A DNA stretch of 64,000 nucleotides from an uncultured Gemmatimonadales bacterium (GTDB taxonomy: Bacteria; Gemmatimonadota; Gemmatimonadetes; Gemmatimonadales; GWC2-71-9): contig CAWJIM010000019.1 in the NCBI GenBank assembly GCA_963842945.1, positions 416,001-480,000 of the forward strand. Direction: 5' to 3'. Shown here one piece after another: positions 39,151 to 50,135 of the stretch. Within the stretch, counting starts at the first letter, position 1; each line of letters opens with the position of its first letter. The notes beneath the pieces are model-generated. The model saw nothing but the letters and a program-made list of their open reading frames with translations. It ran no database searches and was not told the origin of the DNA. Both the position numbers and the translations under genes were made by a program.

Positions 39151-40581
39151 TGCTCGTTGAGCGTGCCTGGCGACTCGGAGCTGAAGATCAGGGCTCCGTG
39201 CACTCGACCCGCCACCCTGAGCGGAACGATCAGCTGGGTCTCGTTCCCGTTCTGAGCGAAGCCACAGGGCAGATCGCCCTTGAGCGTCCGGGCCAGAGAA
39301 GTGCCGGCGACCGAGACGAGCGGAAGATGTGAAAGAGTCCGCTTCTCCCCCGGCTCCAGCATGATCACCCGGTCCGTCTGGGTCATCCGAAGCGCAAAGG
39401 TAAGCCTGTCGTAGGGCAACGCGGCGCGCGACTCGGAGGCTATCAGCTCCGTCGCCACTGCCGGATCGGAGGTGGTGGCCAGCAGACCAGCTATCCGAAA
39501 GAGCAGCTCTGCATGAGGGTGTGTTTCGGCCGGCTTGAGAACCGGCGGCGGAGCTTCCTCTGTAACCAGAAACCCGCTGATCCGGGGGGCGATCAATCCA
39601 GCCAAGAAGTGCCAGCAGCTCGGCGTCTTCGTCGGCGTAGAACGCGGGACCAATGCTGCCCACGAGAAGATAGGCTGGAACATTCGCCCGCAGGTCCAGC
39701 CGGGCTCCCACCAACGCGCGAGTGTCCGCTCCGGCCGGCTCGCTCGCGGTGAGAAATCCTCTGGGCCAGCGGGAGTCCCCATAGGTGTCGCCCACTAGAA
39801 GACTGTTGCCTAATCCAAAGATCCCGCCCACGTCCAGGTGATCTCGACTGATGATCAAGGATGGATCCTGCCACAGGGGTCCGCCGGGATGTTCGCCCAG
39901 CCGGAAATACCGTTTGCCGGCGGGGTCCGACAACAGCAGCTCGATGTGCTCGTGGGGCAGTAATGGCGCGAGTCCCCGCGACACCGCGGCCAGGAATCGC
40001 TGTGGGGTGGCACTGGAGCGGTTGGCCTCTGCGATGGTCTCGAGCAGTCCCGCGATGCGTTCCTGCTGCCGGGATGGCGATCCCTCGGCTGCCTTCCACT
40101 GGCGAGCGATGCGCCCGAGCATGGGCGCGATCCGCTGGGTGACGCACTGAAGCACCACCCGTTCGACTGAGCCGTAGAGCCCAGCCCGGAGGTCGGCCAT
40201 CAGCAGCAAGGCCACATCCCGTTTGCCGAATGTCACCGGCAGGCAGGCGACCGATCCATAGCCCGCCTGCGACACGACCTGCTCCAGCTGACTGAGCTCT
40301 TCGGGCTTCAGGTGAGGTGAGGGAAGCGGGACGGCCAGATCATCTTCCGCCAGCTCAGCCGGGCCGAGCAGCACTGCCCCACCGTGGGAGGGATAGAGCC
40401 AGAGGCCCAGGAGGTCGTGGGGGACCTCGACGGCGACGGTGTCCGACAAGGCCTCGTGCCAGGTGGCGAGCTCAGCCTGGTCGAGCTGCTCGTCGTCCAC
40501 TCGCAGAATGGGGACGAGCAGCTCGCTCCCGCTGGACGCGAGCGGATCTTCGTCGGTGGAGAGATCCGGTGTCTCGCTCAT
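39024..40581 (-). CDS. Multi-GAF-domain protein without an evident output domain; frameshift near 39600
   Basis: Repeated GAF-like segments (VPHDLLGLWL, LLPHEHIELLL, LPYDRLTF; LIVPLRVAGRVHGALIF). Confidence 0.65.
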
Positions 40582-40755
40582 AAGTACCGCTTGAGTGGCA
40601 CGACGTATGCCCCTGAGTTGCCGCAAGCAAGTTGGTTGCTGCCGCAGAGTTACCATCAGCGCCCCAGGCCAGACCGCCCCTCGCCGTGCCAGTGGGTGGC
40701 GTCCTGCCCACTCTTTTGCAGGTCGCTGCGCCGTATGCGCATGTGCTTAGTAAGC

Positions 40756-40784
40756 TTGACATACCCCTACCCCCTACATACTTT
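40756..40784 (+). promoter_or_regulatory. copA promoter TTGACA-17-TACTTT with a C-tract CsoR-type operator in the spacer
   Basis: TTGACA TACCCCTACCCCCTACA TACTTT upstream of copA-csoR. Confidence 0.7.
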
Positions 40785-40822
40785 CCCCTCTGATCTGAAC
40801 TACCCTCCCACCAGCGCGCACC

Positions 40823-43151
40823 ATGACGACCGCGGCCCCGACTACCTGTACCATTCCCGTTTCGGGCATGCACTGCGCCGGCTGCAGCAGCCGAGTGCAG
40901 CAGGCGCTGGAGAGCACGCCGGGCGTGAGCGCCGCGAATGTGAATCTGATGACCAATTCGGCGACCGTGGAGTTCGATCCTTCAGCGGTCACTCCGCAAC
41001 GTCTGGTGGAGGCAATCAGGGAGACGGGCTACGGCGCCGAGCTCCCGGCTGACCGGGTCAGCACTACCGGTGCTGGTCGACCAGCAGGACGCCGCCCGGG
41101 CGGCGGAGATCCGGGAGCTGCGGCAGAAGTTCACTGTCAGCCTCGCCGCCGCCATCCTCGCCATGCTGCTGAGCCTGCCACTGGCGAGCGCCGACCCGGG
41201 CACCACGCGGGATCCCCTGATGCGAGTCATGATGCCGCTCTCCCGGATGTTCGAGCGCATCGTGCCTGGTGTTGCCGATGTGTCGGCAGACGTCTGGCGA
41301 TATCTGCTGCTTGCGGTGACGATCCCGGTGATCGGCTGGGCAGGACGGCATTTCTACAGCCGGGCGTGGGCCGCCGCGCGGCACCGCATGGCCGACATGA
41401 ATACCCTGATCGCGCTCGGCACCGGCGCAGCCTTCCTGTTCAGCCTGGCCATGACACTGGCGGACGATTGGTTTTCCGCCCGCGGGATCAGGCCGCAGGT
41501 GTATTACGAGCCGGTCGTCTGGATCATCGCTCTGATTCTGCTGGGCAATCTGCTGGAGGCGCGGGCGAAGAATCGGACCTGGGAGGCCCTTCGCCGGCTG
41601 ATCGCGCTGCGCCCGCCTACCGCGCGAGTGCTTAGAGGCGGAGAGGAGCAGACCGTCTCCCTCGACGATGTGCGAGTCGGCGATCGCCTGCTGGTACGCC
41701 CGGGCGAGACGATCCCCGCGGATGGAGTGATTCTGGACGGGTCCAGCCACGTCGACGAGTCGATGCTGACCGGCGAGCCGGAGCCGGTTCGGAAAGTCGT
41801 TGGCGACTCGGTCGTCGGCGCCACGCTGAATCGGAACGGCGCGCTGCAGCTCAGGGTCACCCGCACCGGTGAGGAGACGGTCCTCGCCCGGATCATCCGG
41901 CTGGTGCGGGAGGCCCAGGGCTCCAAACCGCCGATACAACGTCTCGCCGATCGCGTCTCCGCTGTTTTTGTTCCCGTGGTTCTCGTCCTGGCGACGCTCA
42001 CCTTCGGAGTCTGGCTGCTGTTTGGGCCGGAGCCGTCCTACCTGCACGCCCTGGTGGCTGCGGTCACGGTGCTCATTATCGCGTGTCCTTGCGCCATGGG
42101 ACTCGCCGTGCCCACGGCCGTGATGGTGGCGACCGGTAGGGGAGCCGAGCTCGGTGTACTGATTCGGGGAGGGGAGGCCCTGGAGCGCACCGGTGACGTG
42201 GATGTGGTGGTGCTGGACAAGACCGGAACCATCACCGAAGGCCGGCCCAGGGTTGGCTCGGTGATCGCAGCGTCCGAGTCCGGCCTGAATGCCGACCGGG
42301 TTCTGCAGCTGGCGGCTTCGGTGGAGCGATTCAGTGAGCATCCGCTGGGCGAGTCAATCGTTGCCGAGGCCGAACGTCGGACGATTCCGCTGCTCCCGGT
42401 TACGGCCTTCGAGAGCCGAACGGGCCGGGGAGTGGAGGGCGTGGTGGAGGGCCACCGCGTCGCCTTGGGGAATGTGGCCCTGATGCGCGAGGCAAAGGTG
42501 GACCCGGCAGCGCTCGACCGGCAGATCGGCAGACCGGATGAGACTCGGGTATACCTCGCGGTCGATGGCCGGGTGGCGGGGCTCATCACCGTGTCAGACC
42601 CGGTCCGATCGAGTAGCGCCGAAGCGGTTCGCCGGCTCAAGGAGCTGGATCTCGATCTGCTCCTGCTCAGCGGGGACGATCAACGGACAACCACCAGCGT
42701 AGCGCAAATGGTTGGGATCGACCACGTCGTGGCCGAGGTGCTGCCGTCGGGGAAGCTGCAAGAAATCCGGCGGCTGCAGCGGGAGGGCAAGTCCGTGGCG
42801 ATGGTGGGAGATGGACTGAACGACGCGCCGGCGCTGGCCCAGGCAGACATCGGGATTGCGATGGGCGGCGGGACCAGCGTGGCGGTTGAAGCCGCTACGG
42901 TCACCCTGATGCGGGGTGATCTCATGGGTGTGGTGGACGGGATCGCGCTCTCCCGCAGGACCATGAAGATCATTCGGCAGAATCTCTTCTGGGCCTTCAT
43001 CTACAACCTGATCGGCATTCCGATAGCCGCCGGTGTGCTGTATCCCCGATTCGGTCTGCTGCTCAGTCCGGCCATGGCGGCGGCGGCCATGGCGGCCAGC
43101 TCGGTGAGTGTGGTGTCCAACAGTCTCCGGCTCAGGAATTACCAGCGTTAA
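40823..43151 (+). CDS. copA: Cu(I)-translocating P1B-type ATPase, frameshift near 41065
   Basis: [44 protein letters not shown]. Confidence 0.93.
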
Positions 43152-43152
43152 C

Positions 43153-43175
43153 CATTCACCGCTCACCGTTCACGC
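43153..43175. repeat. Short heptamer array (TCACCGC-like) between copA and csoR
   Basis: ccattca ccgctca ccgttca cg; same unit as 30211-30225. Confidence 0.45.
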
Positions 43176-43191
43176 AGTGACGAGGTTCAGC

Positions 43192-43536
43192 ATGGCAACA
43201 GAAACCAAGACCCCCTGCGCCTGTGGGGCCAGAACGGGCGACGGCTCCCCGGGCAGCACGGTAGATCCGGAGATCAAACACGCGATCGGTACCCGGCTAC
43301 GCCGGATCGAAGGGCAGGTCCGAGGCCTCCAGAAGATGGTCGAGGAGGAGCGTTACTGCGCCGACGTGCTTATGCAGCTCTCATCGGTGCAGGAAGCTCT
43401 TCGCGGAGTAGGACGGGGACTGCTTCAGAACCACCTGAAGCACTGTGTGACCGAGGTGCTCAGGAGTACTGATCAGGAGCAGGTGGATGCGGCAGTAGAG
43501 GAGCTGATGGAGCTGATGTATAGGAACGCGCGGTAA
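43192..43536 (+). CDS. csoR: CsoR/RcnR-family metal-sensing repressor
   Basis: RLRRIEGQVRGLQKMVEEERYCADVLMQ...NHLKHCV (C-H-C Cu ligands). Confidence 0.92.
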   Translation: MATETKTPCACGARTGDGSPGSTVDPEIKHAIGTRLRRIEGQVRGLQKMVEEERYCADVLMQLSSVQEALRGVGRGLLQNHLKHCVTEVLRSTDQEQVDAAVEELMELMYRNAR

Positions 43537-44980
43537 GCATATCCGCCGCCACCGTACGGGTCGCTCCCAGGATGACGAGCCCGCCGAGAATAGCGACCGA
43601 CGGAAGCAACAGTACTGCCTGATCCAACCCGAACCGGTCCGATAACGCGCCCACCAGCGGGAAGGCCACCGTGTCGCCCACCAGGTGAATGAAGAGCAGA
43701 TATGCCCCCGCAACGGTCGCGCTGATCTTTGCGGGCACCACGTCGAAGATCACCGCGGCAATCGGGCCGTTGAACCAGGATAAAAAGAAGAAGGCAGCGG
43801 CGAATACCGGCACGAAGAGGCTCATGTCCCGCAGCGTGAGGAGCCAGACCGTGAGCGGCCCCCCGAGCAGCAGGCCTAAGGCGACGGTGATCACCCGACC
43901 GGTGACGGTGTAGCGTCGAAGCCAGTCGGCCAGCACCCCGCCGCAGAGCGCGCCGGTGATGCCGGAAACCAGACCCCACGTCCCCATCAGGGTTGCGGCA
44001 TCCGTTACCGCCAGATTCAGCTCCCGTGAAATGAACGTGGGGGCCCAGCCGACCAGTCCATTGATCCCAAACGAGATCAAGGCGCCGCCCAGGAAGACAT
44101 ACACCAGAGTGGGAGTCCGGAGCACGACCGCCAGCGAGACCGCCTGGTCGCCGAATACCCGGACCAGCGCGGTAGGGCCCGAGGCGGGGGCCTTGGCGAA
44201 GCGTTTGACCCAGAGCCGGATGTTGAGGGCGACGCCCAGGGCAACGCTCGCCCCAAACGCTGCCACGTCGACCTCGGAATCCGCGGCGTAGACCCGGTCG
44301 AAGTGCCAGGCCAGCGCGCCACCGACGACCAGGCTCAGAAGCAGAGGGAAAAAGGATCGAACCAACGAGTTGATGCTGACCTGGAGCTCAGTCCAGCTCT
44401 CCCGAATCGACAGCAACGTGGGGATGCGACCGGGGTCGTGCAGCCGGGCAGTGAGCAGCGCGAGCGCGAATCCGGGAATGCTGACGGCGATCATCGCCGT
44501 CCGCCATCCGTAGACCACCTCGAGGCGGCCACCCAGCCAGATGCCGAGCACGCCCCCCGGCAGGATACCGGCCGCAAGGATCCCCAGAGCCACCGCTCGC
44601 CCTCGCAGCGGAAAGTAGTCCGCGACCATCGACTGGGCGGCGGCGCTGAATGCCGCAGCACCCATGCCCACCAGGGCCCGGCAGATCAGCAGCTGAGGGA
44701 AGCCCACGGCAAAACCGCTGGCCATGGTGAACGCGCTCCACAGGACTATGCCGAGGGTGATCACTGCCCGGCGAGACCGGAGGTCGCTCACGATCCCGAA
44801 GGGCAGCGCCGCCAGGGAGAAGATCAGGACATAGGCGGACGCCAGCCAGCCGAGCTGGGTATCGCTAAGGGCGAGGTCGGCCTTGATCGGATCGAACAGG
44901 CCGAAGATGACGTTCCGGTTGATGAAGCTGATGAGATTGGTGACTGCCAGCAGCCCGAGGGCGTAGTGCGAGCGCTTCAC
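43460..44980 (-). CDS. MFS transporter (spinster-like)
   Basis: [27 protein letters not shown]; multiple TM helices; 3' overlap with csoR suggests the true end is earlier. Confidence 0.85.
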   Translation of the reverse strand: MKRSHYALGLLAVTNLISFINRNVIFGLFDPIKADLALSDTQLGWLASAYVLIFSLAALPFGIVSDLRSRRAVITLGIVLWSAFTMASGFAVGFPQLLICRALVGMGAAAFSAAAQSMVADYFPLRGRAVALGILAAGILPGGVLGIWLGGRLEVVYGWRTAMIAVSIPGFALALLTARLHDPGRIPTLLSIRESWTELQVSINSLVRSFFPLLLSLVVGGALAWHFDRVYAADSEVDVAAFGASVALGVALNIRLWVKRFAKAPASGPTALVRVFGDQAVSLAVVLRTPTLVYVFLGGALISFGINGLVGWAPTFISRELNLAVTDAATLMGTWGLVSGITGALCGGVLADWLRRYTVTGRVITVALGLLLGGPLTVWLLTLRDMSLFVPVFAAAFFFLSWFNGPIAAVIFDVVPAKISATVAGAYLLFIHLVGDTVAFPLVGALSDRFGLDQAVLLLPSVAILGGLVILGATRTVAADMLTARSYTSAPSAPLLPHPPAPDQYS

Positions 44981-46152
44981 CTGCGCGCGACCGTCTCCGC
45001 TCCACCGGCACCCGGGTGCATGTGGGCCAGGGATTCTTCGGCGCGTTGATCGCGGAACTGGAGGGCGGCCCGGTATTCATGCACCAGTCGCTCCATCATC
45101 GCCGTTCGCCTCCCGTACAGTCGCTTGAGCGGACGGGAGGCGCGCCGCTCCCTGGCGTACGCGGTGAGGAGCGGAAGCGCGATGCTGCTGTCGGTGTAGA
45201 CCACGACGGTGCCGGGCAACTGGTCCGGATCGATCTTGCCCCAGCTTACCGCCTCAGCCGGGGTAGCGCCGGAAAGTCCACCAGTATCGGGGCGGGCATC
45301 GGTCATTTGGAGAAAATAGTCATGGCCGCGCTCGTCGATTCCCAGCACTTCCTGGATCTGCGGCTCGGTCTGCAGCATGAAGTTCTTGGGACTACCTCCC
45401 CCGACGATCAAGACGCCACTCTTGCCGCCTCCCCGCTTGGCCTCCAGGACGATGCTCGCGGTCTCATTCACGTCGGCGCTGACGTCAAACCGCAGCTTGC
45501 TCCCGGCAAGCGCCTGCTCGGCCACGTTCATCCCGATCGAGCTGTCGCCCGGAGAGCTGGTATAGATGGGCACCTCCAGCTCGTGGGCAGCCGACAGCAC
45601 CGACCGCCGGGACAGACCAAGGGCACGCTCGCGCTCCCGCACATAGCCGCCCAGCAGATAGTGGTATTCCGCGCTGCTCATGGGGCGCTGGAACTCTTCC
45701 CGGGCCGACACCTCGCGAATGAAGGCATCGGTGGAGAGCAGAACACTGTAATCGAAGAAGATGTCGTAAATCCGCACGACGCCCTTGTCGCGGAGCTCGA
45801 CATCATTGGCGTTGGGCGTTCCCCGGTGCATGGCAAGGCCGAGGGCGAAATGAGCGTCATGGTACAGGTTGGCACCGGTGGAGATCAGCCAGTCCACAAA
45901 CCCCGACTCCATCAGGGGAATGAGGCAGCTCATGCCGAGGCCGGCTGGGGTCATGGCGCCGGTGAGCGTCATTCCCACCGTCACGTCGGGCTCCAGCATA
46001 CGCTGAGTGAAGAGCTGACAGCCTTCCCGCAGCCGGCCCGCGTTATACGCCAGGAAGGCATTGTCGATCAACTCCGCAACGGTCTCTTTGCCGGTGGTGG
46101 CCTTGGGATCGATGCGCTGTCCGCGCAGGTACGGTGCAGAGGGTCTGGTCAT
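44977..46152 (-). CDS. Deoxyhypusine synthase-like protein (probable homospermidine synthase, SpeY-like)
   Basis: [46 protein letters not shown]. Confidence 0.9.
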   Translation of the reverse strand: MTRPSAPYLRGQRIDPKATTGKETVAELIDNAFLAYNAGRLREGCQLFTQRMLEPDVTVGMTLTGAMTPAGLGMSCLIPLMESGFVDWLISTGANLYHDAHFALGLAMHRGTPNANDVELRDKGVVRIYDIFFDYSVLLSTDAFIREVSAREEFQRPMSSAEYHYLLGGYVRERERALGLSRRSVLSAAHELEVPIYTSSPGDSSIGMNVAEQALAGSKLRFDVSADVNETASIVLEAKRGGGKSGVLIVGGGSPKNFMLQTEPQIQEVLGIDERGHDYFLQMTDARPDTGGLSGATPAEAVSWGKIDPDQLPGTVVVYTDSSIALPLLTAYARERRASRPLKRLYGRRTAMMERLVHEYRAALQFRDQRAEESLAHMHPGAGGAETVARR

Positions 46153-46222
46153 CGCATTAGCAATAGGAGTCTCGGCAAAGATTTATCTGCGCTAATCTGC
46201 GGCCGACAAATATGCCTGTCGG

Positions 46223-46957
46223 TTAACGCTTCTCATTGCGAGCTTCGATCACGATACGGGTTGCTTCCGCAGGATCGTCGGTGACCTGGAACAGCTCGAG
46301 GTCCTTGGCGTCGATCTTCCGCTCGTCCGCAACCGTCTTCGTGAGCCACTCCACCAGTCCCGCCCAGTAGTCCCGGCCGAAGAGAATCACCGGAAAGTTT
46401 CGTACCTTGCCGGTTTGGATCAGGGTGAGCGCCTCGAACAGCTCGTCCATGGTTCCGTACCCGCCGGGGAAAACGATGAACGCGGTGGCGTACTTCACGA
46501 ACATCGTCTTCCGTACGAAGAAGAACTTGAAGTTGAGGCTCCGGCTCAGGTAAGCGTTGGAGCCCTGCTCGAACGGCAGCTCGATATTACAGCCGATCGA
46601 CAACCCCTTGCCTTCCAGTGCTCCCCTGTTGGCCGCCTCCATGATGCCCGGTCCGCCCCCGGTGATAACCGGGATCCCCGCTTGGGCGAGCAGCCGGGCG
46701 GTCTCGACCGCGGCCTTGTACTGAGCATCGTTCGGCTTGGTGCGGGCCGAGCCGAAGATCGATACCCCATCTCGAACATCGGAGAGATTGTCGAACCCCC
46801 AGACGAACTCCCCCATGATGCGGAGCACCCGCCAGGGATCAGAGACCAGGATCTGCGCCTTATCCCGCCGCTCCTGGGGCTGGGGGCCCTCGAGAAGGGT
46901 CTCGTCTTCAGTTGGACGCTTGTTGTCGTCCATGGTGCGGTACGGACTATTGGTCAT
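46223..46957 (-). CDS. LOG family (TIGR00730-like) Rossmann-fold protein
   Basis: VSIFGSART, ITGGGPGIMEAANRGA, FFVRKTMF, FPGGYGTMDELFE. Confidence 0.92.
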   Translation of the reverse strand: MTNSPYRTMDDNKRPTEDETLLEGPQPQERRDKAQILVSDPWRVLRIMGEFVWGFDNLSDVRDGVSIFGSARTKPNDAQYKAAVETARLLAQAGIPVITGGGPGIMEAANRGALEGKGLSIGCNIELPFEQGSNAYLSRSLNFKFFFVRKTMFVKYATAFIVFPGGYGTMDELFEALTLIQTGKVRNFPVILFGRDYWAGLVEWLTKTVADERKIDAKDLELFQVTDDPAEATRIVIEARNEKR

Positions 46958-46989
46958 AGGGAGCGGAATATACCAATTATACTTCGCCG

Positions 46990-47250
46990 ATGTCCCACTC
47001 CTGGGGTTCTTTGACGGGTCGGTTGGTGTTACGGGGCCTGCTGAATCCGCGTCTCGGCATTGACCTGCTCCGGACGGCGTGGGCCTTCCGACGAAGACGG
47101 TGGTGGGCCCAACCACCTTTCCTGCCGGTTCCAGATCGTGCGTATCTGCGTTGGCGGATGCATACCGCCTATGCCAATGAGGACGCGGTGCCGCCGCTCG
47201 ACGATGTCGTCCGCTTTGCCCGATGGCGCCGGGAGACCATGGGGCTGTGA
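46990..47250 (+). CDS. Small hypothetical protein
   Basis: WWAQPPFLPVPDRAYLRWRMHTAY; coupled by GTGA overlap to ndh. Confidence 0.65.
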   Translation: MSHSWGSLTGRLVLRGLLNPRLGIDLLRTAWAFRRRRWWAQPPFLPVPDRAYLRWRMHTAYANEDAVPPLDDVVRFARWRRETMGL

Positions 47251-48539
47251 GCCCGCCCCACGTAGTCATCCTGGGTGGAGGATTCGCTGGTCTCTATGCC
47301 GCTCGGGGCCTGCGCCGCGCGCCCGTCCAGGTAACGCTGATTGACCGCCGCAATCACCACCTATTCCAGCCGATGCTCTATCAGGTGGCAACCGCCGCCC
47401 TGAATCCGAGTGACATTGCCGCGCCCATCCGCTCGGTGCTGCGCAGGCAGGCGAATGCGGAAGTTTTGCTGGCCGAAGTCGCCAGCATCGACGTCCCGAA
47501 CCGCCGAGTCGATCTGACTGACGGCAGTCAGGTCGCCTACGACTATCTCATCGTTGCCACCGGCACCCACCACTCGTACTTCGGGCATAATGAATGGGAG
47601 CCGCTGGCCCCCGGTCTCAAGAGCCTGGAAGATGCAGTGGAAATTCGCCAACGGGTGTTGCTCGCGTTCGAGCGCGCCGAGCGGGAAACCGATCCGGTCC
47701 GGCGCCACGCATTTCTCACCTTTGTGATTGTGGGAGGCGGCCCCACCGGCGTGGAGATGGCGGGGGCCGTCGCCGAACTCCGGCGATACGCCCTGCGCCG
47801 GGATTTCCGCCGGATCGATCCGGGTGAAGCCACGGTCATGCTGCTCGAGGGCGGCTCCCGCCTGCTTCCGTCCTATCCGCCGAGTCTCAGCGACAAAGCC
47901 AAGATGGAGCTGCGCCGACTGGGCGTGGAGGTGCGAACCGAGACCATGGTGACCGACATCAGGCCTGGATCGGTCGTCGCCGCAGGCTGGACCATCCCGA
48001 GTCAGACGGTAATCTGGGCTGCCGGCAACCTGGCCAGCTCCGTGCTCAAGTCGCTGGGCACTCCACTCGACAGCGCCGGCCGCGCTATTGTGGAGCCCGA
48101 CTGCACCATCCCCGGACATCCGGAGGTCTTTGTCCTCGGCGACGCCGCGCACTTCGAGCACCAGGAAGGTGGTCCGCTGCCCGGCGTCTCACCTGTGGCC
48201 ATCCAGATGGGCGAATACGCCGCTGGGGTTATTGCGGGAGACCAGAACGGCGAGCCGCGCCGCGCGTTCCAGTATTGGGACAAGGGTCAGCTCGCGGTGA
48301 TCGGCCGGGGCCGAGCGGTGGCGGATATCTGGAAACTCCATTTTGGCGGCCTGCTGGCGTGGCTCACCTGGACCTTTGTTCACATCTTCTTCCTGATCGG
48401 GTTCCGCAACCGGATCCTGGTCATGATTCAGTGGGCCTGGTCCTATCTGACGTATGGCCGTGGGGCTCGTCTGATCACGGGCGAGACACCTCACACGCCT
48501 TCGTTGCCACCGGTGAGCATTCGACCGGCGGCACCATGA
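47247..48539 (+). CDS. ndh: Type II NADH dehydrogenase (NAD(P)/FAD oxidoreductase)
   Basis: VILGGGFAG, HLFQPMLYQVAT, VGGGPTGVEMAG, WAAG, GD, YWDKG. Confidence 0.92.
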   Translation: MSPPHVVILGGGFAGLYAARGLRRAPVQVTLIDRRNHHLFQPMLYQVATAALNPSDIAAPIRSVLRRQANAEVLLAEVASIDVPNRRVDLTDGSQVAYDYLIVATGTHHSYFGHNEWEPLAPGLKSLEDAVEIRQRVLLAFERAERETDPVRRHAFLTFVIVGGGPTGVEMAGAVAELRRYALRRDFRRIDPGEATVMLLEGGSRLLPSYPPSLSDKAKMELRRLGVEVRTETMVTDIRPGSVVAAGWTIPSQTVIWAAGNLASSVLKSLGTPLDSAGRAIVEPDCTIPGHPEVFVLGDAAHFEHQEGGPLPGVSPVAIQMGEYAAGVIAGDQNGEPRRAFQYWDKGQLAVIGRGRAVADIWKLHFGGLLAWLTWTFVHIFFLIGFRNRILVMIQWAWSYLTYGRGARLITGETPHTPSLPPVSIRPAAP

Positions 48540-49471
48540 ACCTTGCCTCGCTCATCAAGTCCCGCGCACGGGAGCTCGGCTTCGTCGGCTGCGGCATTAC
48601 GCACCCTGGACCCAGCGCGTACGGGGAGCAGCTGGATGAGTGGCTGGCCAAAGGCTATGCCGGCACTATGCGCTATCTCCATCGCCAGGCGCGCCGCAGG
48701 CGGAATCCCGGCCTGATCGCGCCGGAGGCGCGGTCGGTGGTGGTAGTGTTAGACAACTACTACAACCCCGATCGAGAGGAGGACCGCCAGGCTCCTCGCG
48801 TGGCGAAGTATGCCCGGGGGCACGATTATCACCGGGTTACCAGCCAACGGCTCGGAGTTTTAGCCGAGTTTCTGCGAGAGCATGGTGCTACGCTGGCTCG
48901 AACCTACGCCGACGCGGGGCCGGTTCCCGAGCGCGAGCTGGCCCGGCGGGCTGGACTCGGCTGGATCGGCAAGAACACCATGCTGGTAAATCCCGGAATC
49001 GGCTCCTTCTTTTTTATCGGATCGATTTTTACCGATCTCACACTCCCGGTTGACCAGCCTTTTGAAACAGATCGCTGCGGCAGCTGCACCCGCTGTCTCG
49101 ATGCCTGCCCGACCGACGCTTTCGTAGAGCCGCGTATGCTGGACGCGACCCGATGCATCTCGTATCTCACCATCGAGCAACGGGGGCCGATTCCGGAGGA
49201 CCTGGCCGACCGCTTCCAGGGTTACGTGTTCGGGTGTGATATCTGCAACGACGTCTGCCCCTGGAATCAACGGTTCGCTGAGCCCACGGGAATCCTGGAG
49301 TTTCAGCCCAGCGCTGAACTGAGCGCAACTGCGGAGCTGTTCGAGGAGATGAGCCCTGAGGAGTTCACCCGGCGATTCGGAGACACGCCGTTGGAACGGC
49401 CGGGACTCGAGGGCATGCGGAGAAATTATCGGGCGGTGTTTGGAGCCCGGGGCGCAGGCAAGCCGGTTTGA
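48536..49471 (+). CDS. queG: tRNA epoxyqueuosine(34) reductase
   Basis: AKYARGHDYH, GLGWIGKN, CGSCTRCLDACPT, RCISYLTIE, FGCDICNDVCPWN. Confidence 0.95.
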   Translation: MNLASLIKSRARELGFVGCGITHPGPSAYGEQLDEWLAKGYAGTMRYLHRQARRRRNPGLIAPEARSVVVVLDNYYNPDREEDRQAPRVAKYARGHDYHRVTSQRLGVLAEFLREHGATLARTYADAGPVPERELARRAGLGWIGKNTMLVNPGIGSFFFIGSIFTDLTLPVDQPFETDRCGSCTRCLDACPTDAFVEPRMLDATRCISYLTIEQRGPIPEDLADRFQGYVFGCDICNDVCPWNQRFAEPTGILEFQPSAELSATAELFEEMSPEEFTRRFGDTPLERPGLEGMRRNYRAVFGARGAGKPV

Positions 49472-49920
49472 CCACTCACCTGAAGCGCATGCTCCGCTAC
49501 GATATCTGGGCCAACGAGGCGACGCTGGAATCGCTTACCCAGGGCACTCCGCCGCCGCGCAGCCTGCGCTGGATGAGCCACATCATTGGTGCGGAGCTCC
49601 TGTGGCTCAGCCGAATGGAGGGCGTACCCAGTGAGCTGCCGGTATGGCCGGAGCTTACGGTGGAGCAGTGTCAGGCGCGGCTACCCGAGCTATCAAGCGA
49701 GCTCGGCGATGTTGAGCGCCTCGGGCCGCTGAATCGTCCGGTGAGCTACACCAATTCCAAAGGGGAGCCGTGGACCAGCACGGTCGAGGAGATTCTTACG
49801 CACCTCGTGATCCACTCGGCATACCACCGGGGACAGATCGCTTCTGATCTGAGGGCCGCCGGACAGGAGCCGGCCTACACCGATTACATCCACGCCGTAC
49901 GCCAGGGCCTGCTCGAATGA
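49468..49920 (+). CDS. DinB family protein
   Basis: YDIWAN, SHIIGAE, HSAYHRGQI. Confidence 0.88.
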   Translation: MTTHLKRMLRYDIWANEATLESLTQGTPPPRSLRWMSHIIGAELLWLSRMEGVPSELPVWPELTVEQCQARLPELSSELGDVERLGPLNRPVSYTNSKGEPWTSTVEEILTHLVIHSAYHRGQIASDLRAAGQEPAYTDYIHAVRQGLLE

Positions 49921-50135
49921 ACGCGTCGCCCGGACCAATGATCGTGATGGCCGGAGTGGCACTCGTTCTGGTGGGACTTGCAGTCTGGTCCGGTGCATTG
50001 GGATGGTTCGGCAGACTCCCCGGGGATATCCGGATCGAGCGCGACTCGATGCGGATCTACATCCCGCTGGCCTCGATGCTGGTGATATCGGTTGTGCTGA
50101 GCCTCCTGATGTACCTGCTCAATCGCCTGCGCTGA
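49917..50135 (+). CDS. DUF2905 family membrane protein
   Basis: GRLPGDIRIER...IYIPLASMLVISVVLS. Confidence 0.88.
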   Translation: MNASPGPMIVMAGVALVLVGLAVWSGALGWFGRLPGDIRIERDSMRIYIPLASMLVISVVLSLLMYLLNRLR

